A DNA stretch of 64,000 nucleotides from Acidimicrobiales bacterium (GTDB lineage Bacteria; Actinomycetota; Acidimicrobiia; Acidimicrobiales; RAAP-2): contig DASXFR010000069.1 in NCBI GenBank assembly GCA_036489495.1, forward strand, positions 45,232 through 109,231, read 5' to 3'. Positions 9,451 to 19,784 of the stretch are shown here, piece by piece. Every line of letters starts with the position of its first letter. Position 1 is the stretch's first letter. The translations under genes were made by a program, and so were the position numbers. Below the pieces are notes generated by a model, which saw only the letters and a list, made by a program, of their open reading frames with translations, was not told where the DNA came from and made no database searches.

Positions 9451-10797
9451 GTGCCAAATCCCTATCTCGAAGGCAACTTCGCTCCGGTGCTCGAAGAGCT
9501 GACCGAGGATCACCCCTTGCCGGTCACCGGCGTCATCCCTCCCGACCTCGAAGGCCATCTCCTCCGCAACGGGCCCAACCCGGCGGTGCTGCCGGCCGAC
9601 GTCGCCGGGTACCACTGGTTCACCGGCGACGGGATGATCCATGACGTCTCGCTGGCCGGGGGGAAAGCCGTCGGCTATCGGAACCGCTGGGTCAGAACCC
9701 GCAAGCTGGCCGCCGAGATCGGCACCGAGGCGCCCAAGGGGCCGTCAGAACCGCTCAACGGACCGGCCAACACCCATGTCATCCGGCACGCCGGCACCAC
9801 GCTGGCCCTGGTGGAGTCGGGCTTCCCCCATGCCCTGTCCAAGGATCTCGAGCGGGCCCGGGTCCACGACTTCGACGCGGCGTTGGCATCGCCGATGACC
9901 GCCCACCCGAAGCTCGACCCGGCCACCGGGCAGCTCCTGTTCTTCGGCTATGACGTCTTCGGGCCTCCATTTCTCCGGTACCACACCGTCGATTCCACCG
10001 GCGCCCTGACCCGCACCCAGGAGATCGTCATCCCGCGGGCGGCGATGATGCACGATTTCGGGGTCACCGCCTCCCGGGTGGTGTTCATGGACCTGCCGGT
10101 GGTCTTCGACCCGGATCTGGCCGCCACCGGGCGATCGCTCCCGTTCCGGTGGATGCCGGAGGCGGGAAGCCGGATCGGGGTGATGCCTCGCGAGGGTGAC
10201 GACGGGGATGTCACCTGGATCGGGGTCGATCCGGTGTACGTGTTCCACGTGCTCAACGCCTACGACGACGGGGACGTCATCGTCATGGACATCATCCGGT
10301 ACGACTCCGCCTTCGACACCGCTCCCGGCGGGGCCATCGGGTCCACCCCACCGGTGTTGGCCCGATGGACCATCGACCCGGCCGGCAACTCTGTGGACGA
10401 AGTCAGGCTGGATGACGCGCCGGTGGAGTTCCCGCGGATCGATGACGAGGTCGCCGGCCGCCGTCACCGATACGGCTACGGAATGCTGTTGGGATCGGAA
10501 CCCGGGACCGACGAATCGATCGGCCTCATCAAATACGACCTTCAGCGGGACGAGGCCATCCGCTTCGATCCGGGCGAGTACCGGGCACCCGGCGAGCCCG
10601 TCTTCGTCCGGGCCGCCGACGGCGGAGGCGAAGACGAAGGTTGGGTGTTGAGCGTTGTCTACGACCGGGCCCGTGACGCCAGTGATCTGGTCATCCTGGA
10701 TGCCACCTCGTTCGCCGGACCGCCGGTGGCGACCGTGCACCTCCCGGCGCGGGTGCCGTTCGGGTTCCACGGATCGTGGCTGCCGTCCACGTCCTGA
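9451..10797 (+). CDS. carotenoid cleavage oxygenase (RPE65/CCO family)
   Basis: GTG 9451 follows AAGGAGTCCGCG. The N-terminus is VPNPYLEGNFAPVLEE and the C-terminus has PFGFHGSWLP, both typical of CCOs. The upstream part of the track ORF overlaps tyrS antisense. Confidence 0.88.
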   Translation: MPNPYLEGNFAPVLEELTEDHPLPVTGVIPPDLEGHLLRNGPNPAVLPADVAGYHWFTGDGMIHDVSLAGGKAVGYRNRWVRTRKLAAEIGTEAPKGPSEPLNGPANTHVIRHAGTTLALVESGFPHALSKDLERARVHDFDAALASPMTAHPKLDPATGQLLFFGYDVFGPPFLRYHTVDSTGALTRTQEIVIPRAAMMHDFGVTASRVVFMDLPVVFDPDLAATGRSLPFRWMPEAGSRIGVMPREGDDGDVTWIGVDPVYVFHVLNAYDDGDVIVMDIIRYDSAFDTAPGGAIGSTPPVLARWTIDPAGNSVDEVRLDDAPVEFPRIDDEVAGRRHRYGYGMLLGSEPGTDESIGLIKYDLQRDEAIRFDPGEYRAPGEPVFVRAADGGGEDEGWVLSVVYDRARDASDLVILDATSFAGPPVATVHLPARVPFGFHGSWLPSTS

Positions 10798-11061
10798 CCA
10801 GGACCGACTGGTAAAGTTGGTCGCCGCGCACCGCCGGGGAACCGGTAGGTGACGCCAACTCGGGCGTCGTGCGTGGGAAACTTTTCCGATCCACATCGGT
10901 GGGATGCGTCGTCCCGGCCGATCGACACAACGAGCGACAGGCCACCTTCTTGCCACCATCCATCGACCACGCCCAGACGGGTGCCGACGGCCCCAACCAC
11001 CGCCCGGCCCGGCGTGGCTTGGGCGCACCCCGGCGGCGGCGACACGGAGTGATCGGATCGT

Positions 11062-12405
11062 ATGGCAGGTAACAACGAGTTCCCGGGACCGATCCTCGGG
11101 GGCCAAATCCCGATCCCCCGCCGGGCGGGGGAGTCGATCCCATCTCCGGCCCAGCCCCGGCTCAAGCCGGCCAAGCGCCGCCGCTCGACCGGAGAGCGGG
11201 TCCTGCGGATCATCATCATCATTCTCATCATCGTGGTGGTCCTGGCCGCCAGCGGCTATGGCTACTTCCGGTACGAGTGGGGCCAGATCAAGACCGCGGT
11301 GTGTCCGAGTTGCGTGGCGGTGGCCAACGGCGCCCCCTACAACGTGCTGGTGATCGGGTCCGACACCCGGACCGGGGAGACGGCCGCCCAGGCCCAACAG
11401 TTCGGCAACGCGACCACCGCCGGTGGCCAGCGGAGCGACACCATCAAGATCGTCCACGTCGATCCGGCCAGTGGAACCGCCAGCACGCTCTCCATCCCCC
11501 GGGACACCTTCGTGACCCTTTCCGGCGTGCCGGCGTCGTCGGGGGTGTCGACCAAGAACAAGATCAACGCCGCCTTCGCCGTCGGCCCCAACGATCCCAA
11601 CCCGAGCGGTACCGGAGCCAACGGGGTGGTCCAGACGGTCGAGAACACCTTCGGGATTCCGATCAGTCACTGGATCGTGGTCAATTTCTTCGGGCTCACT
11701 GACGCGGTCAACGGGCTCGGGGGAATCAAGATGAACTTCCCCTATCCGGTCAAGGACTACGGCGACTGCAATGCCAACGGCGTCTACAGCAATTGCACCG
11801 GTCTGAACGTCCCGACCACCGGCTGCCAATCCCTCAACGGCACCATGGCGCTGGCCCTGTCCCGATCCCGGCACTTCGAGTACTACAAGGGAGGGACGTG
11901 GGTGAGTGACTACTCCTCGGACATCGGCCGCATCACCCGGCAGAACCTGGTCATCGAAGCCGTGGTCAACAAAGCCAAGTCGACCTACAACCCGATCCAG
12001 GCGGCCTCGTTCATCTCCTCGCTCACCCACGACGTCACCCTCGACGACCAATTCAGCTCAGGGATGCTGTTGAGCCTGGCCGAGCGTTACCACGCCTTCT
12101 CCGGATCCAGCCTCCAGAACTACACCATCACCACGGTGGGGGCGAGCTACGCGCCCTACGGGGGCGAGGCGGTCCAAGTCGTCCAACAACCCCAGACCCA
12201 GCAGACCATCACCCAATTCCTGGGGGGAGCCACCGGGACCGTCAGCACCCCTCCGCTGGACGGCTACGGGAGTCCGATCCCGGTGCCGACGGTGACACCG
12301 ACCACCGCTCCGGCGACGACGGCCACCACCAGCGGGAGTTCAGCTACCACGGCTCCGGCCGCGGCGGCGTCGAGCGTCCCCTCCTACGATCCGACCCCCT
12401 GCTGA
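11062..12405 (+). CDS. LCP (LytR-CpsA-Psr) family cell-envelope phosphotransferase
   Basis: An N-terminal TM segment (RIIIIILIIVVVLAA) is followed by NVLVIGSDTR...RSDTIKIVHVD...SIPRDT. The C-terminal tail is Thr/Pro/Ala-rich. Confidence 0.88.
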   Translation: MAGNNEFPGPILGGQIPIPRRAGESIPSPAQPRLKPAKRRRSTGERVLRIIIIILIIVVVLAASGYGYFRYEWGQIKTAVCPSCVAVANGAPYNVLVIGSDTRTGETAAQAQQFGNATTAGGQRSDTIKIVHVDPASGTASTLSIPRDTFVTLSGVPASSGVSTKNKINAAFAVGPNDPNPSGTGANGVVQTVENTFGIPISHWIVVNFFGLTDAVNGLGGIKMNFPYPVKDYGDCNANGVYSNCTGLNVPTTGCQSLNGTMALALSRSRHFEYYKGGTWVSDYSSDIGRITRQNLVIEAVVNKAKSTYNPIQAASFISSLTHDVTLDDQFSSGMLLSLAERYHAFSGSSLQNYTITTVGASYAPYGGEAVQVVQQPQTQQTITQFLGGATGTVSTPPLDGYGSPIPVPTVTPTTAPATTATTSGSSATTAPAAAASSVPSYDPTPC

Positions 12406-14261
12406 GCGGTCGCACTCGGACCCGTCGGGTGGGTGTCGGCGCCCATGGCGTCGTCGACGGCCCGGACCACCGCCCGATTGATCTCGGCGTGGAACTCCAC
12501 ATTCGCCGATCGGTCCGGTAGCTGTACCCGGATCACCGCCAGCCCACCGTCGGCGATCCTCCGGCGCAGCGCCGCACCCAACGCCCCCGACCGGTCGTCG
12601 GGTCCGATCTCGTCCACCGGCAGGCCGAACCCGGCGGCCACCGTGGCGATGTCCGGCGTCTGCGGGGTGCCGAACAGGGCCTCGAAGGTGCCGACGTCAA
12701 GGGTCGCGGCGGGAGGAAGAAACGAGAAGATCCCTCCCCCGCGGTTGTCGGCGACCACCACCGTGCAGGGCGGGTCGGTCCCCGGCCCCCGGACCAGCGC
12801 GGAGACATCGTGGAGGAACGCCAGGTCCCCGACCAGGGCTACGGTCGGCCCGGTGGCCAGGGCCACCCCCAGGGCGGTCGACATCACACCGTCGATACCG
12901 TTGGCGCCGCGGTTGGCCACTACCCGGGGCGGATCAACCCGCGGCTCCCCGAAGGCTTCGAGATCCCGGACCGGCATCGAGGACGATGTCACCAGGGTGA
13001 CCACCGACGGAAGGTCGGCGAACAGCCGCCGGGCCAGCCCCGGCTCGGTCCACCCCCCACCCGGGGCCGGCCGGCCGTTGCCGGCCCCCGGCGGATCGCC
13101 GAGGCTGGCCCCGATGGTGGCCTGGGCGGCGGACTCGGCCGACCGCCATTCGTCCAGCCACGGGCTGGCACCGGCTCGGGTCCGGTCCCCCATCCCATCG
13201 ATGATGCCCTGGCAGGCGACGGTGGGATCGGCGACCATCAAGGTGGTGATCGACCGATCCGGATCCACCCACCGGCCCCACGGCGCGACGGCCACCACCG
13301 GGGTGGACCCGGTGACCGCGTCGGCTAGATAGGTGTTGACCACCTTCGAGACCCACGGCGCCCCCAGCCGGAGGACGAACTCCGGACGGTGGGCGGCGCA
13401 GAAGGCGTCGGAACGGAGGATGCCGTCGGCGGCGGCGATCACCGCGGATCCCGGACGGCGAAGGCCGGACCGGGGGTCGGCGAGTACCGGCCACCCGAGC
13501 GCGGAGGCGGCCGCCGCCACGGCCACCGGGTCGCCGCAGTCGGCGCCGGCGACGATGACTCCCCGGGCGCCGGCCCGGCCGGCGTCGACGATCTGGGCCA
13601 CCGCGGCCGGCGACGGGGCGGGCGGCGCCTTCTCGATCCGGTACCACGGCCGGCGGTCGGTCCGTCCGGGTTGGACGTCCACGGACCGGGCGTCTCCGAG
13701 CAGTGGCTCCCGAAACGGCAGGTTCAGGTGCACCGGGCCGGGTCCGGCCGGACCGCTCATCGTCTCGACCACCGACCGGGAGGCCAGCGACCGCCAGGTG
13801 GGAGCGCCCCCGGCGTCAGCGACGCCGGGATCGGCGTACCAACGCACGGATCCTCCGAACAGGTGCTGTTGATCGATGGTCTGCGGGGCCCCGATGTCCC
13901 GGAGCTCGGGAGGTCGGTCGGCGGTGCAGATGAGCAGGGGCACGTTGGCCAGGTCGGCCTCGGCCACCGCGGCATGGAGCTCGGCGGCGGCGGTGCCACT
14001 GGTGGTCACCATCACCGCCGGGTGGCCGCTGGCCAGGCCGATGCCGAGGGCGGTGAAGGCGGCGGACCGCTCGTCGAGCCGGACGTGGATCTCCACTTCG
14101 GGGTGACGGGCGAGGGCCACCGCCAACGGTGTCGACCGGGATCCGGGGCTGATCACCGCGTGGGCGACACCGCATCGGGACCACTCATCGACCAGAGTGG
14201 CGGCGAACTCCATCTGGAGGTCGGCGCTCCCGGAGGGTGGCACCGGTATCGGTACGCTCAT
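12384..14261 (-). CDS. menD: 2-succinyl-5-enolpyruvyl-6-hydroxy-3-cyclohexene-1-carboxylate synthase
   Basis: FAATLVDEWSRCGVAHAVISPGSRSTPLA and the ThDP motif LVGDLAFLHD are present. The start is ATG 14261 or ATG 14213. Confidence 0.92.
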   Translation of the reverse strand: MSVPIPVPPSGSADLQMEFAATLVDEWSRCGVAHAVISPGSRSTPLAVALARHPEVEIHVRLDERSAAFTALGIGLASGHPAVMVTTSGTAAAELHAAVAEADLANVPLLICTADRPPELRDIGAPQTIDQQHLFGGSVRWYADPGVADAGGAPTWRSLASRSVVETMSGPAGPGPVHLNLPFREPLLGDARSVDVQPGRTDRRPWYRIEKAPPAPSPAAVAQIVDAGRAGARGVIVAGADCGDPVAVAAAASALGWPVLADPRSGLRRPGSAVIAAADGILRSDAFCAAHRPEFVLRLGAPWVSKVVNTYLADAVTGSTPVVAVAPWGRWVDPDRSITTLMVADPTVACQGIIDGMGDRTRAGASPWLDEWRSAESAAQATIGASLGDPPGAGNGRPAPGGGWTEPGLARRLFADLPSVVTLVTSSSMPVRDLEAFGEPRVDPPRVVANRGANGIDGVMSTALGVALATGPTVALVGDLAFLHDVSALVRGPGTDPPCTVVVADNRGGGIFSFLPPAATLDVGTFEALFGTPQTPDIATVAAGFGLPVDEIGPDDRSGALGAALRRRIADGGLAVIRVQLPDRSANVEFHAEINRAVVRAVDDAMGADTHPTGPSATAQQGVGS

Positions 14262-14278
14262 GGCCGAGGAGCCTGCCC

Positions 14279-15121
14279 GTGACGTCGCCTGACCCCACCA
14301 TCCCCGCCCCGACGCCCGACACCCTGGCGCTGCAGGCCACGGTGATAGGGGAAGGACCGCGCCTGGTCATGGCCCACGGGTTCACCCAGACCGGAGCGGT
14401 CTGGGGTTCGCTGGACACCCGATTGGCCACCGACCACCAGGTGGTGCGGGTCGACATGCCCGGTCACGGGGGCTCGGCCCAGGTCCGCGCCGATCTCCCG
14501 ACCGGGGCGACGTTGCTGGGCGGGGTGGGGGGCCGGGCCGCCTATCTCGGCTACTCGATGGGTGCCCGCTTCTGCCTGCATCTTGCCCTCGACCAACCCG
14601 AGTTGGTCGACTCCCTGGTGTTGATCGCGGGGACCGCCGGCCTCGACGACCCGGACGAACGGGCGGAACGGCGAGTCCGGGATGCGGCGTTGGCCGACCA
14701 ACTCGACCCGCCCCGGTCGGGGGCCGATGGGCAAGGCTCCGTCGGCGATGCCCAGGCCCGGCTCGACGGGTTTCTGCAGAGGTGGCTCGACACCCCACTG
14801 CTGGCCGGAGTCCCGGCCGAGGCGAACGGGTTGGCGGAGCGTCGCGGCAATACCGGGCCGGGACTGGCGTCGAGCCTGCGGTTGGCCGGCACCGGCACCC
14901 AGCTCCCGCTGTGGACCCGACTCTCCGGACTGGCCATGCCGGTCCTGATCGTCACCGGCGCGCTCGATGACAAATTCACCGGCATCGGGCGACGGATGGC
15001 CGACGCCATCGGCGACAACGCCACCCGGGTGGTGATCGAAGCTGCCGGGCACTCGCCGCACCTCCAGGAGCCGGCACGGGTGGCCGAGGAGATCCGGGCC
15101 TTTCTGCCCTCGCCACCCTGA
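14279..15121 (+). CDS. menH: alpha/beta hydrolase, MenH-like (SHCHC synthase)
   Basis: MAHGFTQTG, the nucleophile elbow GYSMGA and the men-cluster context support the call. GTG 14279 is preceded by GAGGAG at 8 nt. The longest ORF starts at 14237. Confidence 0.75.
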   Translation: MTSPDPTIPAPTPDTLALQATVIGEGPRLVMAHGFTQTGAVWGSLDTRLATDHQVVRVDMPGHGGSAQVRADLPTGATLLGGVGGRAAYLGYSMGARFCLHLALDQPELVDSLVLIAGTAGLDDPDERAERRVRDAALADQLDPPRSGADGQGSVGDAQARLDGFLQRWLDTPLLAGVPAEANGLAERRGNTGPGLASSLRLAGTGTQLPLWTRLSGLAMPVLIVTGALDDKFTGIGRRMADAIGDNATRVVIEAAGHSPHLQEPARVAEEIRAFLPSPP

Positions 15122-15123
15122 GG

Positions 15124-16134
15124 TCACGTCGCCCACAGCCAGAGGGCGGCGGCCAGCAGCGCTCCAAAGGCGAGCTGGAGCCGGCCGGTGGCGGCCAGCA
15201 CCGGGAGCAGCCCTCGACCGGTGGCGTCGCCGCTGACGATCCCGACCGGGGCGATGACCAGTGGCAGGGCGAGCATCGGCAGGAAGAGATAGATCGGGTG
15301 CCGGTGGAAGGTCTCGCCGGTGGCGGCCAACGACCCCACCACCAGGACCCCGATGAAAGGAAGGACCACGCAGCCGACGTAGAACCATCCGCCGGTTCGC
15401 CGCCCCACCCGGGCGGCGAGGGTCCGCTTCCCGGCCACCCGGTCGGTTTCGATGTCCCGAAGATTGTTGGCCAGCAGCAGCGCGGTGGCCAACAGGCCCA
15501 CCGCCACCGAGGCGGGGACGACCAGACCGCCGGTCAGCTTCCCGGTCTGGACGTAGAAGGTGCCGATGGTGGCCACCACCCCGAAGAAGACGAAGACGAA
15601 CAGCTCGCCGAATCCGGCGTAGCCGTAAGGTCGGGGACCGCCGGTGTAGAACCACCCGGCTGCCAGGCAGGCGGCTCCCACCGCCACCACCCACCAGGAG
15701 GTGGCCCAGGCCAGGGTCAGGCCGACCGCGCCGGCCAGGCCGAAGGCCACAAACGCAGCCCGCTTGACCGCCGACGGCGACGCCAGGCCGGACGCCACCA
15801 GCCGGATCGGGCCGACCCGCTGGTCATCGGTCCCGCGGATGCCGTCGGAGTAGTCGTTGGCATAGTTGGTGCCGATCTGGAGGGCCAGGGCCACCGCCAG
15901 GGCGCCGACTGCCCGCCACCAATGGGAGTCCCAGAGCGACGCTGCCCCGGAGGCGAGTCCGGCAACCCGAGTGGGACCGGTCGGGGTCAATCGCGAGACC
16001 AATAGGTGAGCGGCGGCGGTTCCGACCAGGACCGGCACCACCGCGGCCGGCAGGGTGCGGGGGCGGGCGCCCAGTACCCACCGCTTCACCGGCCCAGGGG
16101 TCGGGCGGGCGGTGGCGACCGACGGCACCGCGGT
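15124..16134 (-). CDS. menA: 1,4-dihydroxy-2-naphthoate polyprenyltransferase
   Basis: It has the UbiA-family motif NYANDYSDGIRGTD and is polytopic. ATG 16134 is preceded by GAAGGTGG. The longest ORF starts at 16206. Confidence 0.9.
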   Translation of the reverse strand, partial: TAVPSVATARPTPGPVKRWVLGARPRTLPAAVVPVLVGTAAAHLLVSRLTPTGPTRVAGLASGAASLWDSHWWRAVGALAVALALQIGTNYANDYSDGIRGTDDQRVGPIRLVASGLASPSAVKRAAFVAFGLAGAVGLTLAWATSWWVVAVGAACLAAGWFYTGGPRPYGYAGFGELFVFVFFGVVATIGTFYVQTGKLTGGLVVPASVAVGLLATALLLANNLRDIETDRVAGKRTLAARVGRRTGGWFYVGCVVLPFIGVLVVGSLAATGETFHRHPIYLFLPMLALPLVIAPVGIVSGDATGRGLLPVLAATGRLQLAFGALLAAALWLWAT

Positions 16135-16150
16135 CATCTGGCCGCCACCT

Positions 16151-17065
16151 TCATGGGCGGCGAGGGAACCTACCGAAGTCCGGCTTCCGGTGCTCCTGGA
16201 AGGCATTGCGGCCCTCTTGTCCCTCTTCGCTCATGTAGAAGAGCATGGTGGCGTCCCCGGCGAACTGCTGCAGCCCGGCCAGTCCGTCGTCGGCGGCGTG
16301 CAGGCCCCCCTTGATCATCCGCAGGGCGATCGGCGACAACGAGAGCATCCGCCGGCACCAGGCGATGGTCTCGGTCTCCAGCGCCTCGAGCGGAACCACC
16401 TCGTTGACCAGCCCCCACTCGAGGGCGGTGGCGGCGTCGTACTGGCGGCAGAGGAACCACACCTCCTTGGCCCGCTTCAGCCCGATGGTGCGGGCCAGCA
16501 GGCTGGAGCCGTAGCCGCCGTCGAAGCTCCCGACGATCGGTCCGGTCTGGCCGAAACGGGCGTTGTCGGCGGCGATGGTGAGATCGCACACCAGGTGGAG
16601 GATGTGGCCTCCGCCAATGGCGTAGCCGGCGACCATGGCGACCACCGGCTTGGGCATCCGCCGGATCTCGACCTGCAGATCGAGCACATTGAGGCGCCCG
16701 ATCCCCTGCTGGGCGACCTCGTCGTCACCCATATAGCCGTCGTCGCCGCGGATCTTCTGGTCCCCGCCCGAGCAGAAGGCGTCGGGGCCCTCGCCGGTCA
16801 GGATCACCACTCCCACCGACGGATCGTCACGGGCGGCGGAGAGCGCATCCGAGAGCTCGAAGAGGGTCTGGGGGCGGAAGGCGTTGCGGACTTCCGGGCG
16901 GGCGATGGTCAGCTTGGCGATCCCATCGGCGACGTCGAAATAGATGTCCTTGTAGACGCCGCGCCGTTCCCAGTCGGGAAGGGGCAGGCTCCGGTACTGC
17001 TCGACCGGATCCTCCGGGTCTCCGCTGATCACCGTCTGGTTGTCGACTCCTCCTGCCTTCACCAT
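16151..17065 (-). CDS. menB: 1,4-dihydroxy-2-naphthoyl-CoA synthase
   Basis: It has a crotonase fold with [21 protein letters not shown] and [12 protein letters not shown]. The start is probably ATG 17065, giving 304 aa. Confidence 0.93.
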   Translation of the reverse strand: MVKAGGVDNQTVISGDPEDPVEQYRSLPLPDWERRGVYKDIYFDVADGIAKLTIARPEVRNAFRPQTLFELSDALSAARDDPSVGVVILTGEGPDAFCSGGDQKIRGDDGYMGDDEVAQQGIGRLNVLDLQVEIRRMPKPVVAMVAGYAIGGGHILHLVCDLTIAADNARFGQTGPIVGSFDGGYGSSLLARTIGLKRAKEVWFLCRQYDAATALEWGLVNEVVPLEALETETIAWCRRMLSLSPIALRMIKGGLHAADDGLAGLQQFAGDATMLFYMSEEGQEGRNAFQEHRKPDFGRFPRRP

Positions 17066-17105
17066 GCGACCACTCGCTCCTCGCGTCGTTCTTCGGGCAG
17101 TCACC

Positions 17106-17111
17106 TACGCT
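17106..17111 (+). promoter_or_regulatory. -10-like TACGCT 7 nt upstream of the menE ATG (leaderless candidate)
   Basis: A TANNNT hexamer is followed by a 7-nt spacer and ATG 17119, with no Shine-Dalgarno. Confidence 0.4.
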
Positions 17112-17118
17112 AGCTCGC

Positions 17119-18246
17119 ATGCCTGACCTGGTGGCAGTCGATCTCCCGGCCAGCCAGGCGTTCGTCGAGGCGATGCAACGGGCGTGGGACCGTGGGGATG
17201 CCGTCCTGCCGGTGGATGGCCGCCTGCCCCGACCGGCGGTGGACCGGCTGCTGGACGCGCTCCGACCGTCAACTGTGGTCGACCATGACGGGCCCTCCCC
17301 CCGAACCGGTGGGATCCCGATCAACGACGGCGATGCGCTGGTGGTGGCCACCAGTGGGACGACCGGAGAGCCCAAAGCGGTGGTGCTGACTCACGCCGCC
17401 GTCCAGGCATCCGCCCGGGCCAGCTCGCGGCGGCTCGAGATCGACCCGTCCGGTGACCGATGGGTGGCCTGCCTGCCCCTCGCCCACATCGGCGGACTCT
17501 CGGTGCTCACCCGGGCCATCGTCACCGGCACCCCGTACACGCTGATCGAGCGGTTCGACCCCGCCGCGGTGGAGGCCGAGGCCCGCCGCGGCGCCACCCG
17601 GGTGTCGCTGGTGGCGACCGCGTTGCGCCGGACCAACACCACCGGCTACCGCACGGTGCTCCTGGGTGGCGCCGCCCCTCCCGAACACCTCCCCGACAAC
17701 GTGGTGACCACCTACGGGATGACCGAGACCGGATCGGGGGTCGTCTACGACGGCCGGTCCCTCGACGGGGTCGAGCTCCGCATCGGCGACGGCCGACTCG
17801 GTGCCGACGGTGAGGTACTGGTGCGGGGGCCGATGTTGATGCGGGCCTACCGGGACGGTACCGATCCTCGACTGCCGGACGGCTGGCTCCCCACCGGCGA
17901 TGCCGGGAGCCTGGACGAACACGGGACGCTGTCGGTGTTTGGCCGGACCGCCGAGGTCATCGTCACCGGTGCCGAGAAGGTCTGGCCGTCGACGGTCGAG
18001 TCGGTGCTGGCCCGCCACCCGGGTGTCGCCGAGGTGGCGGTATGGAAACGCCCCGACCCGGAATGGGGCCACCGGGTGGTGGCCTGGGTGGTGCCGGCGG
18101 ATCCGTCGACACCGCCCCAGTTGGCATCGTTGCGGGCGGCGGTGTCCGAGCAACTCGCGCCCTGGGCCGCCCCGAAGGAACTGGTGGTAGTGGTCACCCT
18201 GCCCCGGACCTCGAGCGGCAAGCTGCAACGGAGCCGGCTCATCTGA
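17119..18246 (+). CDS. menE: o-succinylbenzoate--CoA ligase
   Basis: The AMP-binding motif ATSGTTGEPK, the short (375 aa) MenE-type length and the men context support the call. Confidence 0.88.
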   Translation: MPDLVAVDLPASQAFVEAMQRAWDRGDAVLPVDGRLPRPAVDRLLDALRPSTVVDHDGPSPRTGGIPINDGDALVVATSGTTGEPKAVVLTHAAVQASARASSRRLEIDPSGDRWVACLPLAHIGGLSVLTRAIVTGTPYTLIERFDPAAVEAEARRGATRVSLVATALRRTNTTGYRTVLLGGAAPPEHLPDNVVTTYGMTETGSGVVYDGRSLDGVELRIGDGRLGADGEVLVRGPMLMRAYRDGTDPRLPDGWLPTGDAGSLDEHGTLSVFGRTAEVIVTGAEKVWPSTVESVLARHPGVAEVAVWKRPDPEWGHRVVAWVVPADPSTPPQLASLRAAVSEQLAPWAAPKELVVVVTLPRTSSGKLQRSRLI

Positions 18247-18281
18247 CCTCCGGCGGCACCGGATGCCCGAAGCACCGCCCG

Positions 18282-18938
18282 CTAGGTGTGAATGCGTTCG
18301 CGCCACCCGAGGGCGTCGACGAACCGGGCGGTGACCATGACCAGGGTGGCGATCTCGTGACGCTCCCGCCGGCGGATGGGGGCCGACCGGCCACCGCACA
18401 CGGTGAACTCGGTCTCCGGCATCGACTCGATGAAGACCCCGGAGTTGGTGGTGTCGTTGGCCTGATCCGCCCCGGATCGGGCCCCCTCGGCGAAGGCGGC
18501 CACCCACTCCACCGACGGGGCGTCGCCGTGGACCTCGAGGAACTGCTGGCAATCCAAGTCGGCCAGCGCCAACCAGGAGAGGTCGAACAGGGCCAGGAGT
18601 CGCCCGACCATCGCGTTCACGGCTGCCGGCGGCGTGGCGGCTTGGAGGATGGCGGCGGCGGCATTGAGGACGGTGTCCTCTCGATCCGCCCCCATGTTGG
18701 GCATTTCGTGTACATCCTCGACCCCGGCGCCGGGGACGTTTCGTATCCCCTTGAGGACGGCATCGACCGCACCCGGGTCATCGGGAAGCTCCACCACCAG
18801 TTCGTCGATGGCCACGCCGGCTTGGCGCTCGAGCACCTCGAGCCCGACGACGTTGCCCTGGACCGCGCCGATCTCCGAGGCCACCGCGGCCAGAATTCCC
18901 GGCGCATCCGGCAGCCAGATCCGCATGCGGGTCAGCAC
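18282..18938 (-). CDS. ACT-domain-like protein with an uncharacterised C-terminal domain
   Basis: The N-terminal ~75 aa (RIWLPDAPGILAAVASEIGAVQGNVVGLEVLERQAG...VVELPDD) look like an ACT beta-alpha-beta-beta-alpha-beta unit. The gene starts 3 nt after the transglutaminase stop. Confidence 0.6.
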   Translation of the reverse strand: MLTRMRIWLPDAPGILAAVASEIGAVQGNVVGLEVLERQAGVAIDELVVELPDDPGAVDAVLKGIRNVPGAGVEDVHEMPNMGADREDTVLNAAAAILQAATPPAAVNAMVGRLLALFDLSWLALADLDCQQFLEVHGDAPSVEWVAAFAEGARSGADQANDTTNSGVFIESMPETEFTVCGGRSAPIRRRERHEIATLVMVTARFVDALGWRERIHT

Positions 18939-18941
18939 CGC

Positions 18942-19784
18942 TCAGTGGGTCCTCGTGATGTGCACGCCGACCTGCATGGTGTGTTCGGCCCGACCGGCGT
19001 AGATCCCCTTGACCGGAGGGACATCGGAGTAGTCACGCCCCCGGCCCACCGCGACATGCCGTTCCCCGACGGCACAGTCATTGGTGGGATCGAACCCCCA
19101 CCAGGCCCCCGTCCATACTTCTACCCAGGCGTGACTCTCGCCGGTCATCTCCTCGCCGATGGTGGCATCCGGATCGGGGTGGAAGTAGCCGGAGACATAG
19201 CGGGACGGCAACCCCACCGACTTGGTCATGGCCAGGGCCAGGTGGGCGAAGTCCTGGCACACCCCGGCGCCATCGGAAAAGGCCTCGTTGGCCGAGGTGT
19301 GGACGCTGGTCACCCCGCGCACGTACCGCAGGCACGAGTGGGCCTGCTCCATGATCCCCCTGGCCGTCTCGAGGGGGCGGGGCCTACGCAAGCTGGCCGC
19401 CAGGTCTTCGAGCTCGTCCCCCGGCTCGGTGTACAGCTTGTGGGAGAGATGGTCGGCCATGGTCAGCGACGCATCGGCCACCTCGTCCCAGGAGGCGTCC
19501 TCGGGTGGCTCCGGACGTTGGGTGTCGACCAGGGCCGTGCCTTGGACGGACAACATCTCGTGGCCCCGGTCGACGTTGAAGGAGACGACCTCGGTGCCCC
19601 AGTAGTCGACATAGCTGTATTGGGGGGCCAGCGGCACTGTCACGACTTTGGTTTCGAGCGCGGTCTGGCCCCGTTCGGTACGAGGGGTGAGCCGGAGCTC
19701 GTTGTAGGAGGCTCGGGCCGGCGAGTCGTAATCGAACCGGGTCTCGTGCCGCACCCGAAGTCGCCAGCCGTCCACCCGAGTCAT
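18942..19784 (-). CDS. transglutaminase-like cysteine protease family protein
   Basis: A Bact_transglu_N-like N-terminus (RFDYDSPARASYNELRLTP) precedes the Cys-His-Asp core GVCQDFAH...SHAWVEVW...FDPTN. ATG 19784 overlaps the alpha-E stop (ATGA). Confidence 0.9.
   Translation of the reverse strand: MTRVDGWRLRVRHETRFDYDSPARASYNELRLTPRTERGQTALETKVVTVPLAPQYSYVDYWGTEVVSFNVDRGHEMLSVQGTALVDTQRPEPPEDASWDEVADASLTMADHLSHKLYTEPGDELEDLAASLRRPRPLETARGIMEQAHSCLRYVRGVTSVHTSANEAFSDGAGVCQDFAHLALAMTKSVGLPSRYVSGYFHPDPDATIGEEMTGESHAWVEVWTGAWWGFDPTNDCAVGERHVAVGRGRDYSDVPPVKGIYAGRAEHTMQVGVHITRTH

Noticed and set aside
9745-12051. A 768-aa minus-strand ORF, the longest unassigned ORF in the track.
   Set aside because: It runs antisense across the carotenoid oxygenase and LCP genes. 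Its composition is dominated by Arg/Gly/Pro/Asp/His (for example GGRDVQTGAIAVDAVG, RRRRHAGKGHEG), typical of out-of-frame translation of very GC-rich DNA. It has no recognisable motif. The sense-strand genes have strong family signatures.
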